A stretch of DNA of 64,000 bases from an uncultured Mycoplasmatota bacterium (lineage in GTDB: Bacteria > Bacillota_I > Bacilli_A > RF39 > UBA660), in assembly GCA_900552495.1 (NCBI GenBank), contig URZY01000003.1, positions 12,813 to 76,812 on the forward strand, given 5' to 3'. The notes under the pieces were generated by a model. It was not told where the DNA came from and searched no databases. It saw nothing but the letters and a program-made list of their open reading frames with translations. Of the stretch, positions 56,942 to 64,000 are shown one piece after another; position 1 is the stretch's first letter, and each line of letters starts with the position of its first letter. The position numbers and the translations under genes were made by a program.

Positions 56942-58006
56942 CTAGCGTCTAAACAAACCAAATATTTTGCTACTGCTTGTAGTAACTTGAACAAGACCTA
57001 ATTTAGATAATAATCCAGTTATTGCCTCATTCTTCTTTCGATCATTTAGAGGGGGCAATGTATAAAAGAACTTTATACCTGCTTCGTATTCTAATTCACT
57101 AACTTCCTTTGTAGTCAGTAGAGATTGATTAAGAATTACTTTTTGGTTTTTTAGATTTGCAAAGATTTTGCTATTTTTTCTTATTAATTTATTTAATTTT
57201 AGTGTGCTTGATTCTATTAAGTATAGAACATCATCACAAATTGTGTTATCTTCATAATCATTTAGATCAATTAATATAACAGACATTCCATTATATCGTC
57301 CGACAACACCTCTTAGATCATTTGTATTTGAAGAGACCATAGCTTGATCGTTAAAGAATTGAAATTCATTTTTATTAACTTCTATTGCAACTACTTTATT
57401 TTCTCCAAATACTGATGTTAGCTCTTTTTTCATCATATAAATCAGGCTTGAGGCGCCGGCATGTTCTGACACTGATTTAACACCTAATCTTATGGTTCTA
57501 TTCATAATACCTTGTGGTGCCTGAACAGTTTGAATGTCATTTTTTGGCACATGCACTTGGACTGCTCCAGTCTCATTTAGCGCATTGGGATCTTGTGGGA
57601 TTGGTGATGGAGGTAATCCTCCACCTCCCATTTGTTGAATGTGAGCAACATCTTTATAAGTATTGGATTTTTTTAATAAGTATTTTACCCCTTCCAGATT
57701 AGTTGTAAAATTGTAAATTCCTAGTGTAACTAGTTGGGCTAAAAAATTAGGTGTACAAATGCTATTACCTTCAGGAATGAAAAATACTATTTTATCTGGA
57801 TCCAATCCCTCAGCTAAAATTTTAAACATTTTAACATCTGTATATCCTTTTATAGCAGTTACGTCAAGAACCATTTTGCTATAAAAGAAGTTCTTGAACA
57901 TTTCTACAATTTCATTGGCTCCATATGTTCCTGTAATACTTTTAATTACATCTATGTCAAGAGTGGCAATTTGTGCTTGTTGTTCATTCGCGATAATTAC
58001 ATTCAC
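56942..58006 (-). CDS. TadZ/CpaE-like protein (receiver-like N-domain plus ParA/MinD-like domain with degenerate P-loop)
   Basis: 354 aa. The C-terminal half RTIRLGVKSVSEHAGASSLIYMM...VILIDLND resembles a MinD/ParA fold, but the KGGxGK[ST] box is absent. Confidence 0.35.
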   Translation of the reverse strand: MNVIIANEQQAQIATLDIDVIKSITGTYGANEIVEMFKNFFYSKMVLDVTAIKGYTDVKMFKILAEGLDPDKIVFFIPEGNSICTPNFLAQLVTLGIYNFTTNLEGVKYLLKKSNTYKDVAHIQQMGGGGLPPSPIPQDPNALNETGAVQVHVPKNDIQTVQAPQGIMNRTIRLGVKSVSEHAGASSLIYMMKKELTSVFGENKVVAIEVNKNEFQFFNDQAMVSSNTNDLRGVVGRYNGMSVILIDLNDYEDNTICDDVLYLIESSTLKLNKLIRKNSKIFANLKNQKVILNQSLLTTKEVSELEYEAGIKFFYTLPPLNDRKKNEAITGLLSKLGLVQVTTSSSKIFGLFRR

Positions 58007-58012
58007 TTATTA

Positions 58013-58468
58013 TCACCACCCTACAACTATCGGCTTAGTATCACCCGAAACTTGAAATATTTTAAGTCCAGGTAATATTTTGTTGATAATTGGTATGTCG
58101 ATGTTTATTTGCGTAACTACCTTAAAATATGCTCTATCTTTAGTATCATCTGTACTGGATGTTGCAGGCTTAGCAATATCAATTTTTTTAAAGCAATAAC
58201 CATTGCCACATGTATATCCGTCCCCAGTCAAATCAAAATTGGGAGCATCATAGCCAAGCTGTTTCATATATTCTAGTATTTGGATATGACATTGATTATT
58301 TGCATCAATTGCACATTGGCCTTCATATTGTTCAAAGGTCGAAATAATTTTATTTTTTACTCTGAATGCTTTCGTATAGTTTACATTGAAAGCTAGATAT
58401 CCAGAAACTAAAACTAGGAAGACAACAATAATTACTAAGTTGACTACCCCACCAAAAGCATCACGCAT
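58013..58468 (-). CDS. prepilin-like (TadE/pseudopilin-like) protein
   Basis: The N-terminus MRDAFGG-VVNLVIIVVFLVLVSGYLAF is a short charged leader, then Gly, then a hydrophobic helix. Confidence 0.5.
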   Translation of the reverse strand: MRDAFGGVVNLVIIVVFLVLVSGYLAFNVNYTKAFRVKNKIISTFEQYEGQCAIDANNQCHIQILEYMKQLGYDAPNFDLTGDGYTCGNGYCFKKIDIAKPATSSTDDTKDRAYFKVVTQINIDIPIINKILPGLKIFQVSGDTKPIVVGW

Positions 58469-58487
58469 TTAAACACACCTTCTTTTC

Positions 58488-58646
58488 TTATCTTTCTACA
58501 ATGATTGTACCACCACTGATATTATCCCATTGAGCATTTAATGAATTTTGAATATTTGGCCACATAATCCAGAAGAATCCGATTACAGCAGCAATTGCTA
58601 TCAATGTAATAACTGTTAAGTTTAATTCACCTGTCGCATCTTTCAT
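58488..58646 (-). CDS. 52-aa Flp-like type IV pilin (not in ORF track)
   Basis: MKDATGELNLTVITLIAIAAVIGFFWIMWPNIQNSLNAQWDNISGGTIIVER. It has its own RBS and promoter, sits between the TadC-like and pseudopilin genes, and has the size and architecture of Flp pilins. Confidence 0.6.
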   Translation of the reverse strand: MKDATGELNLTVITLIAIAAVIGFFWIMWPNIQNSLNAQWDNISGGTIIVER

Positions 58647-58679
58647 TTACAATACACATCCTTTCATTATTCTAAATTT

Positions 58680-58708
58680 ATTATAACAAAATTATATTTG
58701 TTAAACAA
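58680..58708 (-). promoter_or_regulatory. extended -10 promoter directly upstream of the Flp-like pilin gene
   Basis: Minus strand has TTGTTT, 17 nt (ending in TGT), then TATAAT. Confidence 0.55.
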
Positions 58709-58724
58709 CTTTTTTTATGTTACT

Positions 58725-59534
58725 TTACATACTAAACATCATCATCATGGAAATTAGTATAACTAACATGACGCCAACTCCGGTTACTACAAGCATAACC
58801 ATTGTTTGTGACTCCATGAATCCTAGACGTTCTTTGTACTTCGTTTCTCTTGCTTTATTTTGTAAAGCAGATACTGTTTTAGAAAACATCATTAGACGTT
58901 CTTGCTTTTTTTCTTGAGAACCTAGTCCTAAACGATACAACAAACGCATCATACGCATTGAATCTCTTACAGGATAGGTATTGGCAAATTCCATGTATGG
59001 ATCGATTGTTGCATCACCAGCATTAATACGGTCAATTAATTTTCTTAAGCCTGGTTTGAATATTTCTGGAGCATCATCAATTGACTTACCTAAGGCGACT
59101 GGTACAGTATAGTGTTGAATTAAGATTTCCAAGCTCTTTAAATAGTATGGCAACATTACATCTATTTCATGTAAATGCTTTTTATAATAACTTTTTAACT
59201 GTGTATATGATGACTTAAATACTATATAAGCAACAAAGGCAGCTAAAACTAAATATAAAATTAGTTTTGAGTTTAGCATACCTTGTGAATCTCCACCACT
59301 TAGTGCAAAGGCTAAAACAATGAAGAAAGTTAAAATTCCATATGTTACTCTTTTCATATATAGTTGGTCAACATCAACATTCTCTCCATACCTTGCATAA
59401 ACTAGAAATTCATAATCACTCTCTTTTAAAGCTTCTAGATATTTTTCGTTATCTGCAAAAAATTTATTCTTATCAATGGTATTATTGTAGACGAATACAA
59501 AAATTAAAATTACTCCTATTAATACTATTTCCAT
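58725..59534 (-). CDS. TadC-like T2SS-F-family platform protein
   Basis: 269 aa. It has TM helices in the N-terminal half and at the C-terminus, around a cytoplasmic domain ...LPYYLKSLEILIQHYTVPVALGKSI...INAGDATIDPYMEFANTYP. Confidence 0.6.
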   Translation of the reverse strand: MEIVLIGVILIFVFVYNNTIDKNKFFADNEKYLEALKESDYEFLVYARYGENVDVDQLYMKRVTYGILTFFIVLAFALSGGDSQGMLNSKLILYLVLAAFVAYIVFKSSYTQLKSYYKKHLHEIDVMLPYYLKSLEILIQHYTVPVALGKSIDDAPEIFKPGLRKLIDRINAGDATIDPYMEFANTYPVRDSMRMMRLLYRLGLGSQEKKQERLMMFSKTVSALQNKARETKYKERLGFMESQTMVMLVVTGVGVMLVILISMMMMFSM

Positions 59535-60436
59535 TATTCAGCACCTACATTCTCATTATAATATTTTTCTCCTTTTAAAAGGAAATATGTATTACATATC
59601 AAAACAAAGTGAAGTAATACTTGAATATACCATCTCTCTAATAGAACTAAATATGTTTCGTCTCCTAGTAGGAATTGAACTAACATTACTAATAGGTATA
59701 ATGTAATACCAAATGATAAGAAATTTTTATGGAAGGATGCTCTTTCAATACGATCTCGATAAACGCTTTCAATCAGCATGTCAATATCAAGCTGCATGTT
59801 ATCTAGAGAATCGGCTGAGTTTCTAGCTCCTTCTTTGGTTATTTGTAAAAACAATTGGTGCATATTTTTAACTATATAGTACGGATAAAGTCCACTCATA
59901 TATTCTAATGCTTCATCAATTGTACCATTTTCATATGACATTTCAATCATTCTATTTACATCACTTAGAACTGGATCTTCTAAAATTCCAGAATTTCTTA
60001 CACCTTCTAGTGATTTTACGAATGATTGGGTAGTTGCAAATTCCATTATAACGTTTGAAGTATATACTTGTATTTGCTCAAAAATAAACTCTGAATAAAC
60101 CCTTTTACATCTTAGATATGCTAAGTACGGTACAAAAGAAACAGCCGCAATGGCATAAAAGATACTAATAACAATATTATAAAAGTATAAGTATGTTACA
60201 ACTCCAGCAAATCCTGCAAAAATTACTATTTGCATGATATATTGCTTGGTAGTGTATTCTTGTCCTAATTGCTTTGCTTTTTCTCTTACGACTTTAAATG
60301 AGAAAGGGGCGTATTTATCGTATACGGTTTGGACTTGATTGGTTATAAATTTTCCAATGTTTTGGCCTTGATAATTTCTATATAAGAAAATACCAACGAC
60401 AATTACTATCATTATTAATAATTCTTCAAAATACAT
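59534..60436 (-). CDS. TadB-like T2SS-F-family platform protein
   Basis: 300 aa. Cytoplasmic domain ...YENGTIDEALEYMSGLYPYYIVKNMHQLFLQITKEGARNSADSLDNM flanked by TM helices. Confidence 0.6.
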   Translation of the reverse strand: MYFEELLIMIVIVVGIFLYRNYQGQNIGKFITNQVQTVYDKYAPFSFKVVREKAKQLGQEYTTKQYIMQIVIFAGFAGVVTYLYFYNIVISIFYAIAAVSFVPYLAYLRCKRVYSEFIFEQIQVYTSNVIMEFATTQSFVKSLEGVRNSGILEDPVLSDVNRMIEMSYENGTIDEALEYMSGLYPYYIVKNMHQLFLQITKEGARNSADSLDNMQLDIDMLIESVYRDRIERASFHKNFLSFGITLYLLVMLVQFLLGDETYLVLLERWYIQVLLHFVLICNTYFLLKGEKYYNENVGAE

Positions 60437-60448
60437 AAATACTCCTTT

Positions 60449-61990
60449 CTACGCTGGCAAGCTTGCTGGTACTTGTGGTGTATCTGGTGCTAAAGCTTGG
60501 AGCGGTTGTTCAATGGTCTGAGGTATAACCGGGGCAAGTGGTACTGGAGTCTGCTCAGTTGTTACCGGGGCGGCCGGTTGTCCATCTAATACCAAGGCAG
60601 GAGTTGGTTCTGGTTGAGTTGGCAGTGCTGGTATTATTGGAGGAGCTACCGAAGTTACTGGTGCTTCTATAGTCTGTGGTGCTATTTGAGTTTGCTCAGT
60701 AGTTGGTACTTGCTCTAATTGTTGAACGGTTGGAAGTGGTTCACTCTCTGTTTTTAATTCAGTTGGCGCAGCCGATAATGGTGTTGGTTGCTGTTCTGTT
60801 AACGTTGCAACCGGTTGAGTTTCTTCACTAGCAGATGGGGCTGCTGGCGTACCAGGAGCATGTAATCCTGGAGTTGTCTCTTCTGTTGTATCGCCATTAC
60901 TGAAGTCTGCTTGTTGTGTTATTGGCATTTCCTCAGGTAATTTTTCTACAATAGCTTGAACATCAATATTTTGATTCTCCAAATATTGTAATAAATGGGC
61001 ACTTGGCTTACGCATGACGGGCTCTCTACCAAAAATTTTTTGGTAGATTACTCTAGATTGTGGAACATTATTATCATCAACATAAAATTCACAAACTTCA
61101 TCTAACTCACGATGAAATTTTCCACGTTCTTTACTATAGTAAGCTTTAATATGAACTCCCAATTGAATGTATCGATAAATTGTCGTTAAGAACTGATTTA
61201 CGTCCAAATCAGTTTCCATCAAACTGTAAAGACGGTATGGTATAGCCGATGCTTTATCAGCGTGGATGGTTGATAAGATATTGTGTCCTGAGGAGATTGA
61301 GTTACGCACTGCTGAGACTGCTTCAGCACTACGCACCTCCGATAAAAGAATCCATTTGGGATTCTGACGCATACAGGTTACTAAAACATCTGAGTAGCCG
61401 GCTACATTATTTGTCTTCATTGCAACAATGTCTCTTTGTGGAAAGATTTTATCCAAGTGAAGCTCTAATGTATCCTCAATGGTAATTATCTTTTCACTTG
61501 TTTTAGTATGGCTTGCTAGGTACTTAACAAATTCTGTTTTACCAGAACCAGTTTCTCCAGCAACCATAACATTACAGTGTCCCTGAACACATTTTATTAA
61601 TAAATCATGAATATCTTGGGTGAAATAATCATCTTTAATTAGTTTTTCTTTTTCTAGTCGAATCTTGGCTGGAGTTTTACGTATAACTAGAGCAATTCCA
61701 TTGGTTGCTATAGATTGATGAACAAAGTTAAGACGTAATTCTGCAGATTCAGCATCTAGAAAGGGTTTAGCATTATTAAATGTAGTACCCATAACATTGG
61801 AACACTGAAAAGCTAGTTTTTCAACAAACTCTTGAGTGGCTCCTTCTATTTCTACTCGTAGGGACCCTTGAGTTAGTGAACGTATCCAGATTTGTCCTCC
61901 GTTATCATACGAAATATCTGTTATATCATCATTGTCTAATAATGGACGAAATGGTCCAAAGTCTAGTTTGTCGAAGATATTTTCATTCAT
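60449..61990 (-). CDS. CpaF/TadA-type secretion ATPase with ~130-aa P/T/Q/A-rich C-terminal tail
   Basis: Walker A VAGETGSGKTE, Walker B region KWILLSEVR and His box LSTIHADKA. The tail is PGTPAAPSASEETQPVATLTEQQPTPL.... Confidence 0.8.
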   Translation of the reverse strand: MNENIFDKLDFGPFRPLLDNDDITDISYDNGGQIWIRSLTQGSLRVEIEGATQEFVEKLAFQCSNVMGTTFNNAKPFLDAESAELRLNFVHQSIATNGIALVIRKTPAKIRLEKEKLIKDDYFTQDIHDLLIKCVQGHCNVMVAGETGSGKTEFVKYLASHTKTSEKIITIEDTLELHLDKIFPQRDIVAMKTNNVAGYSDVLVTCMRQNPKWILLSEVRSAEAVSAVRNSISSGHNILSTIHADKASAIPYRLYSLMETDLDVNQFLTTIYRYIQLGVHIKAYYSKERGKFHRELDEVCEFYVDDNNVPQSRVIYQKIFGREPVMRKPSAHLLQYLENQNIDVQAIVEKLPEEMPITQQADFSNGDTTEETTPGLHAPGTPAAPSASEETQPVATLTEQQPTPLSAAPTELKTESEPLPTVQQLEQVPTTEQTQIAPQTIEAPVTSVAPPIIPALPTQPEPTPALVLDGQPAAPVTTEQTPVPLAPVIPQTIEQPLQALAPDTPQVPASLPA

Positions 61991-62027
61991 CTAACTCACA
62001 TCCCTTTAATTCTTTAATTCTTTTATT

Positions 62028-62822
62028 TTATTGTTCCGTCCAAACTGTAACTCTATTAATCCAGTCTTTTAATTGTTCACTACTAATTTCAAGATCGCCT
62101 GGTTCATCTTTCATGCTTTCATTTGTTGGTACTGGTATTAGGGTTGATTCGTAGGTTCGCAAGTATTCAGCTTTCTTTAGTAAAACATAATACTCTTCTG
62201 GTACAGCAAAGACAATCATTGCTGGTGTTCTTTGTTCATCCAAATTTGAGAATACTGGTTGTCCGCTAGAATCTTTTACAGCTAGAACCTTAACGTTAGA
62301 TAATAATTTACCTAACATAATTTTGTCTGAATCAGCTGTTGCTGCTTCACCTTCTGCTAATCTGTTTACAGCTTTTAAATAAATATCTATATAGTTACCT
62401 GGATAAATTGAGTTACCATAGGTTGTTGCTGTAGTAACAGACATGTTGTATAATACATATCCTTTTGGATAAGTAAGAATAATATTTGCAGGTAGTTGTT
62501 CTTTTTCTACAACTGTTCTTGTATAAAATAAGCTTCCTGCAGGAATAACTGTATCAGCACTTGAATATTTATCAATTACTTGGTTTTGAGCCGTTAATAC
62601 TTCTCCTTCTAACATTGAAGGGGGAACAGCTCTTGTACCAACCATATCGGCAGTTATTTGTGTACCTGGGTTAATTTGAACTTTTGCATAAGGCACATTA
62701 ACTGGGTTAATTGCTGATTGAACACGCATGTTATAAGCAACATATAGTATTACAATTGCAGCAATTATTCCGATTACAGTTACCGTATTTTTATTTTGTA
62801 AAAATTTCTTTAATCCTGTCAC
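62028..62822 (-). CDS. CpaB/RcpC-like SAF-domain pilus assembly protein
   Basis: N-terminal TM followed by the SAF-like segment VPYAKVQINPGTQITADMVGTRAVPPSMLEG. Confidence 0.6.
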   Translation of the reverse strand: MTGLKKFLQNKNTVTVIGIIAAIVILYVAYNMRVQSAINPVNVPYAKVQINPGTQITADMVGTRAVPPSMLEGEVLTAQNQVIDKYSSADTVIPAGSLFYTRTVVEKEQLPANIILTYPKGYVLYNMSVTTATTYGNSIYPGNYIDIYLKAVNRLAEGEAATADSDKIMLGKLLSNVKVLAVKDSSGQPVFSNLDEQRTPAMIVFAVPEEYYVLLKKAEYLRTYESTLIPVPTNESMKDEPGDLEISSEQLKDWINRVTVWTEQ

Positions 62823-62845
62823 CTTTTCATTCCTCTCCTTTTCTT

Positions 62846-63322
62846 TTAATCATTACTTCTTGAACCGATTGCTTTACCCATATCATCGTTAGGATCGGCT
62901 AAAGCATCTCTTGTAAAGTCATCCCTTGTGTAATCAGTTTCAATGATTGCATCTAGGTTTGTTGATATATTTGCTGATTCTCCAGAAAAGCTTAGTACTG
63001 TTAATGAATCTACCTTAACACTTACTTTTGGAGGAACTTCGTTAATATCATAAAAACTTATATAATATGAACGAGTATTGTCTACACTATCGGCAAATCG
63101 ACGAAGGAAGCTCTCAACGAACTTCTCTTTGTCAATTCTTATTAATGAGTTTAGTCGATAATATTCTGTATCAATAGCATCTTCCATAGCTGCTTCTGTT
63201 GTTTCTTTAACTAGGTAGTAGTCTAACTCGCCACCTGTTGAGTAGTTACTAATTACATTGATTAGTAATAATGCGATTAAGCTTAGTAAGATAATACCTA
63301 CTGTTAACATTCCCTTATTCAT
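62846..63322 (-). CDS. prepilin-like (pseudopilin) protein
   Basis: N-terminus MNKG-MLTVGIILLSLIALLLINVI followed by an acidic ectodomain. Confidence 0.45.
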   Translation of the reverse strand: MNKGMLTVGIILLSLIALLLINVISNYSTGGELDYYLVKETTEAAMEDAIDTEYYRLNSLIRIDKEKFVESFLRRFADSVDNTRSYYISFYDINEVPPKVSVKVDSLTVLSFSGESANISTNLDAIIETDYTRDDFTRDALADPNDDMGKAIGSRSND

Positions 63323-63339
63323 TTACTTCATCGACCTCC

Positions 63340-64000
63340 CTATTCATTATTTACTCCAGGATCTCCTGTTTTTAATACAGTTCCTGTTATGTCGTGTAAA
63401 TTAATATTACTTTCAATTGAACCCTCTGCAGAATTCCATAAGTTACTTAAGTATACGTTAACACCGTTTTTGGTAACGGTTTTTCCATTCCATGCACCAT
63501 AAGCATACTTCTTATTGTATTGTCTAATTTTTCTTAGTGTGGTTGGAGTTAAGTAGAATTGATAATCTAAGTATGAATCAACTGAATGTAGTTGATCAGC
63601 TGTTCCTTCAATTTCTTGAATTAAAGCAACTGGGTCAACATGATAATTTGGATTCTTTAATTCTAAGATTTTAGCATCTGATGTCCAGTTAAATCCGATA
63701 GGTCTTGTGTTTTCAGAAACTACACTAGATACTGTTCTATTAGGGAATAAATTAGCTCTGTCTACAGTTCTGACAACATAATTATCTAACCCTTTGGTTG
63801 TTTTATCGCATGGTGGATTTGTACAAGTTAGATCATCTGTTGTACAACACTTCTTGGTTGATTCATCGTCGATGTTACATACTTCATTTCTTAATCCATA
63901 GAAACAGCCAATATTGAAATTCCATCCAAAATATCCGAAATTTGTAGCTGTAGCTTTTATATTATAACCATTTGATGTATTGTCATTTGTTGCTAATTCA
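63340..64000 (-). CDS. C-terminal part of a larger secreted, Cys-rich protein (gene starts beyond the window)
   Basis: An uninterrupted minus-strand frame runs from 64000 to TAG 63340-63342: ...NFGYFGWNFNIGCFYGLRNEVCNIDDESTKKCCTTDDLTCTNPPCDK...GDPGVNNE. It contains no Met, so it is absent from the ORF track. Confidence 0.6.
   Translation of the reverse strand, partial: ELATNDNTSNGYNIKATATNFGYFGWNFNIGCFYGLRNEVCNIDDESTKKCCTTDDLTCTNPPCDKTTKGLDNYVVRTVDRANLFPNRTVSSVVSENTRPIGFNWTSDAKILELKNPNYHVDPVALIQEIEGTADQLHSVDSYLDYQFYLTPTTLRKIRQYNKKYAYGAWNGKTVTKNGVNVYLSNLWNSAEGSIESNINLHDITGTVLKTGDPGVNNE

Noticed and set aside
43650-64000. Calling the block a classical ICE, conjugative plasmid insert or prophage
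   Set aside because: No integrase, relaxase, replication, capsid or terminase genes and no att repeats are visible. I could not compute GC statistics, and conserved housekeeping genes here (valS, for example) are also locally GC-richer. Mobility is therefore left open.
1-64000. CRISPR arrays, IS elements or transposases, rRNA genes
   Set aside because: Reading the intergenic regions turned up no regularly spaced direct repeats, no transposase-like ORFs with inverted repeats, and no rRNA-like sequence.

Overview
AT-rich window that looks like the chromosome of an endospore-forming Firmicute (inference from gene content). Positions 1-43.6 kb are housekeeping and sporulation genes. Their macro-order recalls the Bacillus subtilis spoIVF-mre-radC ... 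valS ... ysxE-spoVID ... lon-tig region. This part holds a SEDS protein, PrsW, an M23-like/M50 protease pair, mreD, mreC, radC, T-box-controlled valS, an ABC exporter, a DacB-type carboxypeptidase, sigG, a frameshifted ylmC/ymxH, yunB, yutD, NifU-like, CotS/YutH- and YsxE-like coat proteins, a SpoVID-like LysM protein, lon, tig, comEB, trpS and rmuC. It also carries 13 tRNA genes: one tRNA-Ala plus a 12-gene array with two promoters. From 43.65 kb to the window end, 19 same-strand, tightly packed genes form one operon-like block. That block joins a Tad-like (type IVc) pilus module to a monoderm VirB4/VirD4 type IV secretion module. The Tad part has CpaB/SAF, a CpaF ATPase, TadB, TadC, an unannotated 52-aa Flp-like pilin, two prepilin-like proteins and a TadZ-like protein. 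The T4SS part has two VirB2-like proteins, VirB6-like, VirB3/PrgI-like, a split VirB4, a SpoIID+cysteine-peptidase wall hydrolase and a VirD4 coupling protein. No relaxase, integrase or prepilin peptidase is visible in the 20 kb. This composite locus is the main candidate for an undescribed system. Other oddities: an A7 slippery-site frameshift in ylmC, an M50 protease whose HExxH motif lies upstream of any canonical start codon, a tandem paralog with TGA at a conserved Trp, a strong-RBS 56-codon ORF between the T-box terminator and valS, and an orphan MvaI/BcnI-like nuclease next to the tRNA array. All family calls come from motif recognition by eye. No database search was run.
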